Positions 40,049-49,538 are shown, counted from the stretch's first letter. The stretch is DNA of 64,000 nt from an uncultured Actinomycetota bacterium (GCA_963718765.1 CAVQZV010000015.1:4053-68052), one strand, 5' to 3'. Notes: generated by a model from the letters alone, not told the origin. Translations and numbers: made by a program.

Positions 40049-41152
40049 ATGTCGCTGACATGGCCATGGGTTCTGCTCGCGCTGCTGGTCCTGCCGCTGA
40101 TCGGCGGGATCTGGTGGTGGACCCGGCACCGGCGCCGGCGCTCTGCGGTGCGCGTGACCTCGATCGCGCTCGTGCGGGCCGCCGTTCCGGGGCAGTCACG
40201 CTGGCGGCGGCGCATCCCGCCAGCCCTGCTCGCGGCAGGGCTCGCCGTGCTGGCAATCGGCGCCGCGCGCCCGGAGGCGACGGTGCCGGTCCCCTCGTCG
40301 TCCGCCGCGATACTGCTGGCCCTCGACGTTTCCGGTTCCATGTGCTCCACCGACGTTAGCCCGAACCGCATCACGGCCGCTGAGAGAGCCGCCAGCACTT
40401 TCATCAAATCCGAGGCTGGCGGACCGCGCATCGGCCTGGTTGTGTTCGCGGGCACCGCCGGCCTGCTCGTGCCTCCGACCACCGACACCCAGCGGCTGCT
40501 GACGGCGCTGCGGGGGCTGACCACATCGAACGGCACCGCGATCGGCGAGGCGATGCTGACCGGGCTCGACGCAATCGCGCAGGTAGACCCGTCCGTTGCG
40601 CCGACCGGTGCCAGCGCTGGGACTTTCGTCCGCGGCGCCGGGTATGCCCCCGACGTGATCGTCGTGCTCACTGACGGCGCGAATACTCAAGGTGTGAGCC
40701 CGCAGACCGCCGCACGGCAAGCGGCCCAGCGCCGTGTGCGTGTGTTCACGATCGGCTTCGGCACGACCAATCCCGCGCCGCTCGTGTGCGGCGATTCGCA
40801 GTTCGGCGGGGGCTTCGGTGGCGGCTTCGGAGGTGGATTCAGAGGCGGGTTCGGAGGTGGCTTCGGCGGCCACAACCCGCTGGTGGCTGACTACGGCACA
40901 CTGCGGCAGATAGCAGCCACGACTGGCGGCAAGTTCTACCGGGCGCAGAACGCCACTGAACTCCAGAAGGCACTCAGCCACCTGTCGGGTGCCTTCGAGA
41001 TCGTCCACAAGCAGGTCGACCTGGCACCCTTGTTCGCCGGCGTCGGCGGTGCGCTGATCGGCGCCGCGGTCGCTTTGTCGTTGTGGTGGAACCGGACCCG
41101 GCGCCGGCTGGCGCCCGCTCGCGAGCCCGCGCCCGACTTGCAGGGCGGCTGA
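40049..41152 (+). CDS. VWA domain membrane protein (BatB-like) with a GGFG repeat insert
   Basis: MIDAS DVSGSM, NGTAIGEAM, GGGFGGGFGGGFRGGFGGGFGG, C-terminal TM segment; starts 1 nt after the previous stop. Confidence 0.88.
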   Translation: MSLTWPWVLLALLVLPLIGGIWWWTRHRRRRSAVRVTSIALVRAAVPGQSRWRRRIPPALLAAGLAVLAIGAARPEATVPVPSSSAAILLALDVSGSMCSTDVSPNRITAAERAASTFIKSEAGGPRIGLVVFAGTAGLLVPPTTDTQRLLTALRGLTTSNGTAIGEAMLTGLDAIAQVDPSVAPTGASAGTFVRGAGYAPDVIVVLTDGANTQGVSPQTAARQAAQRRVRVFTIGFGTTNPAPLVCGDSQFGGGFGGGFGGGFRGGFGGGFGGHNPLVADYGTLRQIAATTGGKFYRAQNATELQKALSHLSGAFEIVHKQVDLAPLFAGVGGALIGAAVALSLWWNRTRRRLAPAREPAPDLQGG

Positions 41153-41166
41153 GCCCGGCGCGGACG

Positions 41167-41934
41167 CTATCCGAGGTCGCGTGATGCGCGCGTGACGGCC
41201 GCCGCGCGGCTGGAGACATCGAGCTTCCGGTAGATGTTCTCCAGGTGGGTCCGAACCGTTCCCTCGGTGATGGCGAGTCTGCGCGCGATCTGGCTGTTCG
41301 TGTTCCCGTCAGCCACGAGGCGCAGCAGATCCTGCTGTCGGGTGGTGAGGCGAGGAACAGGGTGGCGATTGCGCTCTGCATCAAGGTAGGCCTGATGCAG
41401 GTGCGGCCGCAGCAGCGTGAGCTGCGCCCGGTCGCGCTCGGAGAAATCGGCGCCCGGCCCGCGGAAGAAGAGCAGCCGCAGCGTCCGGCCGGGTCCGGCG
41501 GCATCGCCGAGGCCCACAGGCAGCGTCAGCATCAGGGCGTGGTCGAATCCGAGCGACTGATAGATGCCGCACCTGCCGATCGCATGCCATTGCCGAGTCG
41601 AGTAAAAATCCCCGATCTTGATGATGCTGCGCAGGTCACCGGTGCGGTCGGGATAGCTGCACAACTGGCAATTCCAGAAGTGCTCCCAGCGCACCGGGCA
41701 CCGATCCGTCAAGGCGGCCACCCCGGGGCCGCGGACAGTCTGCGTGTACCACGTCAGCTGCCGCCCGCTATCAAAGCCGCCGAATGCGACGACGTCGCAG
41801 CCGATCTGGTCCATCAGGTCCCGCAGGAGCGACGGGGGCAGCCCCTCATCCGCCGGCACGTCCGGGCGGCTCGCGCTCACGATGTCCGCGAGAACCCGCA
41901 GGTCACGTTCGCTGGCTGTCACCGGTGTGGTCAT
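41167..41934 (-). CDS. LuxR-family transcriptional regulator (sensor-like N-terminal domain plus C-terminal HTH)
   Basis: C-terminus LTTRQQDLLRLVADGNTNSQIARRLAITEGTVRTHLENIYRKL. ATG 41934 is preceded by GGGGGA; the longer tracked ORF start (42054) is unsupported. Confidence 0.85.
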   Translation of the reverse strand: MTTPVTASERDLRVLADIVSASRPDVPADEGLPPSLLRDLMDQIGCDVVAFGGFDSGRQLTWYTQTVRGPGVAALTDRCPVRWEHFWNCQLCSYPDRTGDLRSIIKIGDFYSTRQWHAIGRCGIYQSLGFDHALMLTLPVGLGDAAGPGRTLRLLFFRGPGADFSERDRAQLTLLRPHLHQAYLDAERNRHPVPRLTTRQQDLLRLVADGNTNSQIARRLAITEGTVRTHLENIYRKLDVSSRAAAVTRASRDLG

Positions 41935-42168
41935 CACGTTCCCCCAACCGCTGCCGTGGCCGCGGGCTTTATCACGGCTGTCCAGGTACGTGCCATCCGC
42001 AGAACGTCGGATAGCACGCATAAGACACGGCTGTGCAGAATCATATCCGGCCAATGATCAGAGACCGTGATGCAATTTGCGTCCGCCTGTCCCTCAGCTC
42101 AAGCCACGAGCGATCCACGAAGCCGCGCGCGGAGAAGGCCAGAGGGTCAGCCGAGGACAGGAGTTCCG

Positions 42169-42414
42169 ATGCCACGATTCATGGATTACCACCCGGACCT
42201 GAAGCTGCCGGAAGAGGCAATCGCGCAGATCGCCGACGACGCTCGTGACGCACGGTCTGACCAGTTCGGCGTCCGTCAGATCGAGCTGTACCACAACGAT
42301 GAGGGTCAGGTTTACTGCCTGCTGGAAGCGCCCGATGAGCAAGCGGTCCGCGCCCACCACGCCGCTCTCGGCGTCCCCTGCGGTGACGTCCACCAGGTAG
42401 ACAGCCTCGGTTGA
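42169..42414 (+). CDS. DUF4242 (SCO4226-like) small protein
   Basis: MPRFMDYHPDLKLPEEAI...VYCLLEAPDEQAVRAHHAALGVPCGDVHQV. Confidence 0.8.
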   Translation: MPRFMDYHPDLKLPEEAIAQIADDARDARSDQFGVRQIELYHNDEGQVYCLLEAPDEQAVRAHHAALGVPCGDVHQVDSLG

Positions 42415-42468
42415 CATCTCCATCGGCAGGCCGCGCGGTATTCACAGCACCCGGAGATTCCGCGGTGA

Positions 42469-42972
42469 TCACACGTCCCGCGGTCGTCGCGCTGTAGCAA
42501 GCGCCCAGATGATGAAAACGTCCAAGGCGATCACGATGGCAGACCAGAAGGGGTAATACGGCAGGAATACGAAGGTCCCGGCTGCACTGATCAGCGCGAG
42601 CACTACGCCGAACCACCGGGCCCCGGTCTGACCGAGGAGGATGAAGATCCCGGCGACTACGACGATGACCCCGAGCAGGAGGCTGCTCCAACCCCACCCG
42701 GTGAGGTTCCAGTGGAACGCGTAGTCGTGCACGGTAGTCGTGTAGTGCGGCTGCGATGTGAAAAATGCCTTCCCGAGCAGGACGGCGAGGCCGGTGAGGA
42801 AGCTCAGCACGCCGCCGAGCATGAGCAGCGTCGCCGCCGCGCCAAGGGACCGAGAACGACGGCGGCGCTTACTGCGTGCCTGCTCGTACCCTGACCGCGG
42901 TGCGGCTTGCTCCGGAACCGCGTAGATGTCACGATTCCCCGTCGTCTCGCGACCGTAGTACGGAGCACTCAT
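42469..42972 (-). CDS. integral membrane protein (DUF7144-like, tentative)
   Basis: MSAPYYGRE...; three or four TM segments; C-terminus PYYPFWSAIVIALDVFIIWAL. Confidence 0.75.
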   Translation of the reverse strand: MSAPYYGRETTGNRDIYAVPEQAAPRSGYEQARSKRRRRSRSLGAAATLLMLGGVLSFLTGLAVLLGKAFFTSQPHYTTTVHDYAFHWNLTGWGWSSLLLGVIVVVAGIFILLGQTGARWFGVVLALISAAGTFVFLPYYPFWSAIVIALDVFIIWALATARRPRDV

Positions 42973-43315
42973 GACGGTCTCCCTTTCGCTGGATCCGAAA
43001 GGCTGGTTCGCCACGCTAGCGCCAGAGCCAGGTGCCAGCATCGCCCTGGCCGGATGATCCCGGATCGCTGAGCGCCGCGAAGTGAAGCAGCTAACACTGA
43101 CATTCCGGGCGAATCCATCCACAGGTTGGCGAGGAGGACGCTGACCTCCCACCGGCCTGCCGCCTGCATCAACTGGCGGACGCTGCCCGCGGGAGGGTCG
43201 GGACCCGGAGGTGCTGTCCGATGGCGCTCGCGCGCTCGGCCGTAACAAATCTGGTCGGCGAAGACCTCCGAGGACCGCCGACGAGCGCTGGCTGCCCCTG
43301 TCGGACGCTTTACAT

Positions 43316-43690
43316 ATGTCGATATCAGAATATGATAGCTCGGTGGCCCGGGCTTCGACGACGTCGGACGTCTTCAACGCGATTGCCGAGGCTGCCCGCC
43401 GGGAGATCCTGGACGTTCTGATGACAGGCGAGAAGGCGGTCGGGGCGATCGTGGACGACCTCTCGATGTCCCAGCCTCAGGTGTCCAAGCACCTGCGGGT
43501 CCTCAGCGAGGTGGGACTTGTGAAGTGCAGGGCGCAGGGGCGTCACCGGCTGTACAGCCTTGAGCCCGCGCGCCTCCGGCCGTTGCACGACTGGCTGGCC
43601 CAGTACGAGCAGATGTGGAATGAGCGCCTGGACCGGATCGACGACTACCTCAAAGAGCTGCAGAAAAGGGAGAGCGGCAGTGACGGCTAA
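43316..43690 (+). CDS. ArsR/SmtB-family transcriptional regulator
   Basis: DVFNAIAEAARREILDVL...SQPQVSKHLRVLSEVGLV. Start may be GTG 43343 instead. Confidence 0.88.
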   Translation: MSISEYDSSVARASTTSDVFNAIAEAARREILDVLMTGEKAVGAIVDDLSMSQPQVSKHLRVLSEVGLVKCRAQGRHRLYSLEPARLRPLHDWLAQYEQMWNERLDRIDDYLKELQKRESGSDG

Positions 43691-44210
43691 TCGGCACGGA
43701 TCGGCACGCATCGAGTTCCCGAACGAGCTCGAGATCCTCATCACTCGAGAGTTCGACGCTCCGATCGCTCTCGTCTTCGACGTATTGACCAAGCCCGAGC
43801 ATGTGAGCAAGTGGGGTGCTACACCGCCGGACCAGATGACGGAGTGCTCGATCGACCTGCGCGTCGGAGGGAACTACCACTATTCCTTTGTGACGGAGGA
43901 CGGAACCGTGTGCTCGTTTAGCGGAACCTACCTGGAGGTCGAGCCACCCTTCCGGACCGTGGAGACGTGGCTGTTCGGCGGCTGGCCGGATGCGGAGGCG
44001 GTGGAGACCTGGCAGCTGCACGAAACTGACGGAGTGACGACGGTAACGATGAGGCTGGCGTTCCGCGACAAGGCTGGCCGTGACCACTATCCCGCCAGAC
44101 CCCAGGATTCGGGCGAACTGACCAGCTCCGGTGGCTTCCTAGACAGCCTCGACGCGATGGAAGATATCCTCAGGTCGCTACTCGACCTGACGGGAACGGT
44201 CTCTGAGTAA
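43680..44210 (+). CDS. SRPBCC/AHSA1-family protein
   Basis: GTG 43680 overlaps the arsR end. ILITREFDAPIALVFDVLTKPEHVSKW; the usual ArsR-SRPBCC pair. Confidence 0.85.
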   Translation: MTANRHGSARIEFPNELEILITREFDAPIALVFDVLTKPEHVSKWGATPPDQMTECSIDLRVGGNYHYSFVTEDGTVCSFSGTYLEVEPPFRTVETWLFGGWPDAEAVETWQLHETDGVTTVTMRLAFRDKAGRDHYPARPQDSGELTSSGGFLDSLDAMEDILRSLLDLTGTVSE

Positions 44211-44414
44211 CTGAGGTTCGAAGCCCGGCTTCAATGCCTGGTCACGAATGATCCGGTCCTTGTTCTGTTACTGGCCGGCTCGTAGTCGGCATCGACCTCA
44301 CCTATGAGACGCGCCCACATGCCGCTGCGCGGTAGCCGAGGCATCGGCAGCCTGACCTGCCGATAACAGTTACTTGGACCCCCTCAATCAGACGCCCGTT
44401 GGCTGACGGTGTGA

Positions 44415-45248
44415 TCACCGAGTGCGATGTCGTTGATGTGAGCTGAAAGTCATTTGCAGGACTGGCAGTACAGGGAGCGCATAGCGCACTCTCCGGGGGA
44501 GGCAGCGAACGGCCCGCAGGATCACAGGCACCACCCCGGGTGCGAGCGGCGGTACGAGGTCACGAACGGCCGCGACGTCTCTGATCTGGCTGAGAGCGGC
44601 TCGCTCCCCAGCATTGAACAGCCACGACCATAGCTCGATCGCCTGGTCACGCTCACGGCCAGGCAGTCGCCGGACGAGTTCCAGCATCTTCTCGGGTACG
44701 ACGTCGAAGACTAGTGACGATCCCGGCAGCCGGTCAGCGATTGCCGCGATCAGCTCGTAGACCTCGTTGCGCTGAAAGTACGGAAACAGGCCCTGAGCCG
44801 ACACCAGTACTGGCTCCGCCGGATCCAGCTGGTCAAGCCAGCCGAGGTCGAGTGCTGACCCGGCATAGCCCAATTGTCGCGGATCATGCGGCAGGACCTG
44901 CTGGCGGAGATCCAATATCGCTGGCAGGTCGACACTCAGCCACCGCATGCGGCCGTTGTCTACCCGCCAGAACTGGGTCTCCAGGCCTTCGCCCAGGGCG
45001 ACCACGGTGCCACCTGGATACTGGGTCAGGAAGCGGCGCACCGCCGCATCGAAGGTAGCTACCCGGACCGCATGCCATCGGGCGCCCTGAGAGGCGTCCC
45101 CGAAGTCATACTCAAGCCGGTCAGCAACCTGCACTGCGAGCGGATCCTCGATCAGCCCAGAGGCCCGCGCCGTGGCCGCGCGACGGCCGAGATTCCACAA
45201 CAGCGTCTGCGGAACTCCAGACAGGTCCACGCGAATGGGCTCCACCAT
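44415..45248 (-). CDS. class I SAM-dependent (O-)methyltransferase, TcmP/LCM-like
   Basis: 277-aa ORF; TLLWNLGRRA...DPLAV...VVALGEGLETQFWR. Confidence 0.8.
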   Translation of the reverse strand: MVEPIRVDLSGVPQTLLWNLGRRAATARASGLIEDPLAVQVADRLEYDFGDASQGARWHAVRVATFDAAVRRFLTQYPGGTVVALGEGLETQFWRVDNGRMRWLSVDLPAILDLRQQVLPHDPRQLGYAGSALDLGWLDQLDPAEPVLVSAQGLFPYFQRNEVYELIAAIADRLPGSSLVFDVVPEKMLELVRRLPGRERDQAIELWSWLFNAGERAALSQIRDVAAVRDLVPPLAPGVVPVILRAVRCLPRRVRYALPVLPVLQMTFSSHQRHRTR

Positions 45249-45389
45249 GGCGATCGTAGCGGTGCCGAGCCTTCAGGTGGCCACGCCGTCGGCACCACAA
45301 TAGGCAGCTGCGTCCGGGTGAATAGAACGCACGCGCTGACGCACAGTCATGCCGCTGATCACTGGCTGGGGTACGAACGGCGCCTCGGT

Positions 45390-45593
45390 CTACGTGCCGC
45401 GTTGACTAGCCGCCCCAGCGGCGAGTCTGTACTGGTGCTCCGGAACGTAGCGCCCGGCAGGCTTGTAACCTGCACTCGACTCGAATTCGTGAGCCAGATC
45501 TGCCAGGCTGCGAGCGTCGACCGCCGGCACTATCGGTACCGCGCCCGGATACAACGGGCGGAAGTCAAATTCGATCGTCTGCAGCTCGCTCAC
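45390..45593 (-). CDS. hypothetical small protein or gene fragment
   Basis: 67-aa GTG-initiated ORF with fairly high GC3; no family recognised and no clear RBS. Confidence 0.3.
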   Translation of the reverse strand: MSELQTIEFDFRPLYPGAVPIVPAVDARSLADLAHEFESSAGYKPAGRYVPEHQYRLAAGAASQRGT

Positions 45594-45664
45594 CGGGACA
45601 ATTATCCCGCCGCAACGTCACCGTTGAAGCACCGAAGCTGACGTACTCACATGCCGCTGTCGCG

Positions 45665-46699
45665 ATGCAGGTCGCGCGATTGAGACCGCGGGGTCACTGC
45701 GCCGAGCGGCGAGCATTGTGGTCATTGCATGCGGTAGCAGACCAGCGTTGGGGACGGGGGGCCCCTGCATCGCCTGGTGTCCTTGGAGTAGTCCCGGTTG
45801 TTGTCGTGGGAGGGGCGTTGGACACTTCTCTGGTGATCCGAGACGCAGAATTGGCCCGCCGGTTGTGGTCGAGGCTGGAACCGATCCATGCTGTCACGTA
45901 CTTCTCGCCGGAGGCTCGTGCCGCGCTGTCTGGTGCCGGGTACAAGGGGTTCTGGATGGGTTATTTTGCTGGCCGGGCCGCGCCGATGGGTCCGGTCGGA
46001 GCTGAGATCGTGTTTGCCGCCTTCTACAACTTCTCGATGGCGCATGTGAGCAGGGCCATACCGGACGCCTGGTCCTTCGCTCCTCCCAGCGTGGCGTTGG
46101 AGGCGCGTCAGCGAGGCGCGGAGGCGGCGTTGCAACGGGCGTTCGCGCGCAGTGATCTGGCCGAGGCAGTGGAGAAGGCGGCGGTTTTGGCGCGTGCCGC
46201 GGCAAAGTCGGCGCCGATGGAAGGCCGTGCCCTGTTCGGAGCGAACCGGGCATTGCCGTGGCCGGAGGAACCGACTGCGGCCTTGTGGCATGCCTGCACG
46301 CTGCTGCGCGAGCACCGCGGCGACGGGCATGTCGCTGCTCTGGCTGCCGCTGAGATAGGCGGCCGTGAGGCGAACGTCCTTCAGGCCGCAGCTGGCCTGG
46401 TTCCACGCGAGGTATTCGAGGTAGCCCGGCACTACGGCGCCGCCGAGTGGGACAGTGTGTCGGCGGGACTCATCGATCGTGGCCTGGTCGGCGCTGACGG
46501 CGGGCTCACGGCCCGTGGCGAGGAGGTGCGGGCCGACGTCGAGGATCGCACCGACCGCCTCGCTCTCGCCGCCTACGACGCTCTCGACGACGACCAGCTG
46601 CTGCAGTTCCTTAATGTTCTAGCCCCGCTAGCCAGAGCTGTCATCGCCACGGGTGACATCCCTGAGGTGACGCCCGTCGGCAATCGTTTTGAATCGTGA
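45665..46699 (+). CDS. conserved hypothetical protein (SCO6745/SalK-like helix-turn-helix family, tentative)
   Basis: LWSRLEPIHAVTYFSPEARAA...GYKGFWMGYFAGRAAPMG...LLREHRGDGHVAAL. Start uncertain; probably further downstream than 45665. Confidence 0.7.
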   Translation: MQVARLRPRGHCAERRALWSLHAVADQRWGRGAPASPGVLGVVPVVVVGGALDTSLVIRDAELARRLWSRLEPIHAVTYFSPEARAALSGAGYKGFWMGYFAGRAAPMGPVGAEIVFAAFYNFSMAHVSRAIPDAWSFAPPSVALEARQRGAEAALQRAFARSDLAEAVEKAAVLARAAAKSAPMEGRALFGANRALPWPEEPTAALWHACTLLREHRGDGHVAALAAAEIGGREANVLQAAAGLVPREVFEVARHYGAAEWDSVSAGLIDRGLVGADGGLTARGEEVRADVEDRTDRLALAAYDALDDDQLLQFLNVLAPLARAVIATGDIPEVTPVGNRFES

Positions 46700-46899
46700 G
46701 CAGGCAAGGGCCTTTCGGGCGGTGGCAAATCCGACCCTTGGGAGCGCGCAGGTTACCCGCCTCATAGTTATGCATCGCAAGCGTTGAGGTGTGCATGCGC
46801 GCTTCTGCCGGGGACGGCGCACGGTGTCGAGACTGGCGATCCTGCCGATGAGCGATAGACGGTTCCCGGCACGCCTCCATCGTCAGGGAGCGGATCTTG

Positions 46900-47418
46900 T
46901 CACATGGTGCGCGTGCGGGTGTGGACCATGCGCCAGTTCACCGGACCCCAGGACGAGCCTCCGTCGAGGGAAAAGTCCTGCGCCCAGACTGGATGCGGCC
47001 CGGCGGTGGCCATCCATCGGAAACGAGCCAAGAACTCGCGGCCTGCGTACTCGGCCTGCCCAACGAACACGCCCTCCTCGCCCGCGAACGAGCCTCGCAC
47101 GGGGGCATCGAGCACGCCGGGCCTCGCCTTGGACGCCCACCAGATCTGCCACTCGTTGCTGTGAGGGTCGTACAGTCGCAGGCTGAACCCGACGAAGGCT
47201 GAGCCGTCGGGCAGTGTGCCGCGAGTCTCGTCGGCTGTGCCGAGCCCGTCGAGGATCGGCCATACGGTGGCTTCGGAGCGGAAGCGCACTCGGGGGCCGT
47301 CGGCCGGGCCGAACGGATCGAGGAGCTTCTCATGCTCCACCTGCCATGAGCCGATCAGGAAGTCGAAGTCCGAAGCCGCCATGTTCCGCAGTATGGCGAG
47401 GAGCACCGACATTTCCAT
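46900..47418 (-). CDS. hypothetical protein (172 aa)
   Basis: ATG 47418 preceded by AGGAGG (minus strand cctAGGAGGtctcacATG). The upstream 88 codons of tracked ORF 46900..47682 are not supported. Confidence 0.7.
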   Translation of the reverse strand: MEMSVLLAILRNMAASDFDFLIGSWQVEHEKLLDPFGPADGPRVRFRSEATVWPILDGLGTADETRGTLPDGSAFVGFSLRLYDPHSNEWQIWWASKARPGVLDAPVRGSFAGEEGVFVGQAEYAGREFLARFRWMATAGPHPVWAQDFSLDGGSSWGPVNWRMVHTRTRTM

Positions 47419-47702
47419 GTGAGACCTCCTAGGCCTGCCGCGGGACCGCATCGGACAGTGCGCGCTCATGCCGCCGACGGAGTGGGCGGTGCGTGTCTTC
47501 ATCGTGCAGGTCGGGCGACTCGGCGCGTTTCCGCTGACGGCCGCCGCGTCGTGGCCTGCGCCAGATAGGCCACTTCTGTTCTCTGTGACGCCGATCATCG
47601 CCCCTGGGGTGCGCGGCAAGCGGATCGGCGAAGAGGACGACGGACTTACAATCCCGCGGTCCAGCCACGCGAGTGTCGGCACGCTGGTGGATACTGCCCG
47701 GC

Positions 47703-48413
47703 ATGGCGAGATTCGAGGACCAGGACCTGACTGATGCCGAATTCCGCGAGTGCGACTTGACTCGCGCCCGCCTGATCGGGGTGGTGATGCAGGACGCCGT
47801 GATCGACGGGCTGGTCAGCAATCTGGTGGTCAACGGAGTCGAGGTGACGTCGTACGTCGAGGCCGAGCTCGACCGGCGGCATCCAGTGCGGCTGCTCATC
47901 CGCTCGGCCGACCCGGCCGAACTGCGGCAGGCCTTTAGACAGCTGCGGGCCGACTGGGCGGCCACGCTGAAGCGGCTCTCAGGGATGCCCAAAGGGTCCG
48001 AGCACCAGCGCGTCGGCGACGAGTGGTCGGCGGTGGAGACTCTGCGCCATCTGGTGTTCGTCCACGACTCGTGGTTTCGTCGCTGCTGCCTGGGATCGAC
48101 CGAGCCGTTCACCGCGATCGGGCTAGCGTCCGAGTTCGTTCCTGACCAGGAGGAGCAGGGCCTGGATCGAGCGGCGGCCCCGAGCCTCGACGAGGTGCTG
48201 GCCGTGCGCGACGTGCAGGGCGCCGAGCTAGAGCGTTGGCTGTCGACCGTGACGCCTGATGAACTGTCGGCGCCCGCGCCAGTGCCGGCGGGCCGGGGCT
48301 GGCCGCCGTACGCCAGGGGGAAGTCGGTGCTCGAGTGCCTGCACGTGGTGCTGGACGAGGAGTGGGCTCACCACGGTTTCTGCGTGCGCGACCTCGATCT
48401 GCTCGGGAGGTGA
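47703..48413 (+). CDS. DinB-family protein with N-terminal pentapeptide repeats
   Basis: MARFEDQDLTDAEFRECDLTRARLIGV..., then ETLRHLVFVHDSW and HVVLDEEWAHH (DinB His motifs). Confidence 0.78.
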   Translation: MARFEDQDLTDAEFRECDLTRARLIGVVMQDAVIDGLVSNLVVNGVEVTSYVEAELDRRHPVRLLIRSADPAELRQAFRQLRADWAATLKRLSGMPKGSEHQRVGDEWSAVETLRHLVFVHDSWFRRCCLGSTEPFTAIGLASEFVPDQEEQGLDRAAAPSLDEVLAVRDVQGAELERWLSTVTPDELSAPAPVPAGRGWPPYARGKSVLECLHVVLDEEWAHHGFCVRDLDLLGR

Positions 48414-48820
48414 CACAGGCATCCCGCGAAGGAACTGTCCCGTGGCCGCCCGGTAAATATTCTCTGTGAGCCGCACCGTTACGGACGCCTGTCGCCATCG
48501 CAACGTTCCGGCGCTGCACCCCGACCCGGCCTGGGCGCGCGGTGTGAGTCTGCGTGGCTGGCGCCAAGTCGGCGGGTGAGCGCCCGCTTCATCATGGACT
48601 CGCGTCGTCGAGACCTACTTGCAGAAGCTAACGCCCTTGCATGCGCGCCCTATATATGCACGCACGCTACTCTCTGGCAAAGCGCGCACATGCCGCGATT
48701 GGTTCGTGAGGGCGCAAGCAAGTCGGGGCTTCAGGCAGCCGGGGCGACTGTGACATCGAGGGTGAGAGCTTCAGCCCGATCCGGACACCTTCGCCCGAGG
48801 TCGTGAAAGTCGCTGGGGAT

Positions 48821-49333
48821 TCAGTTGTCGGGCGTGACTGTATCCAATCGGCGCTGAACCTCCGACGTGTTCACGCCGAGAGCGCCCAGCAGCACCGCCG
48901 CAGGATCTGGTGGCTGGAGAGTGAGGATCTGGGCCAGCACCTGCTGGGCCGTGACCTGGGTCCCCCGGCGGTTGGGCTTGACTGCTTCCTCAAGCACTTT
49001 CTTTGCCGCGGGCGTCATGCGGAGGCGATCCTTTTTCGCGACGTCTCTGAACCTCGGCTTCCTCGGTACGGCGCGCATTGGCAGTGGGGGAGCGTCGGTG
49101 CCGGACCCCATGCCCAAAAGACCCAGGGCTTCGTGATCGAGCGACTCATGGGCCTGGCGAGCTTGCTGCAGGCTCACGCCCAGCACGATTTCGATCGAGG
49201 GGTCCTCCAGCAAGGCGAGCAAGAGGTGATCGGTGCCAGTTCGGCGATCACCTCGGCGACGAGCCTCCTCACTGGCCCGCAAATAGACGTGCCATACGTG
49301 GAGCTCCTCTGGCACAACGGATTCGGTGGTCAT
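48821..49333 (-). CDS. stand-alone Clp_N (ClpC/ClpB N-terminal repeat) domain protein
   Basis: Two Clp_N repeats (GTDHLLLALLED...; VTAQQVLAQIL). ATG 49333 in an ATGA overlap with the upstream HTH gene. Confidence 0.8.
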   Translation of the reverse strand: MTTESVVPEELHVWHVYLRASEEARRRGDRRTGTDHLLLALLEDPSIEIVLGVSLQQARQAHESLDHEALGLLGMGSGTDAPPLPMRAVPRKPRFRDVAKKDRLRMTPAAKKVLEEAVKPNRRGTQVTAQQVLAQILTLQPPDPAAVLLGALGVNTSEVQRRLDTVTPDN

Positions 49334-49521
49334 GATGACTCCTTGTTGTATTTGGTGTGCACGGACTGGCGGGTGACGCCCAAGGCGTCTCCGATCTGCT
49401 GCCACGACCAGCCCTTTTCCCGGGCCGACGCGACGTGGTTCGCTTCGACCCTCTCAGCCAGGCGATGGAGCGCCAGCGAGGCGCGAAGCCCGAGTGCCGG
49501 GTCATCCGACGAGATATTCAT
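49330..49521 (-). CDS. small helix-turn-helix protein (63 aa)
   Basis: MNISSDDPALGLRASLALHRLAERVEANHVASAREKGWSWQQIGDALGVTRQSVHTKY (WSWQQIGDALGVTRQSV is an HTH). Confidence 0.75.
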   Translation of the reverse strand: MNISSDDPALGLRASLALHRLAERVEANHVASAREKGWSWQQIGDALGVTRQSVHTKYNKESS

Positions 49522-49538
49522 GCCGAGGGTCTCGATGT

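Noticed and set aside
44211-44414. Possible gene relic between the SRPBCC and methyltransferase genes (minus-strand reading ...SGMWARLIGEVDADYEPASNRT...).
   Set aside because: Short, no start codon, and I could not match it to any family. Not enough evidence to call a pseudogene.
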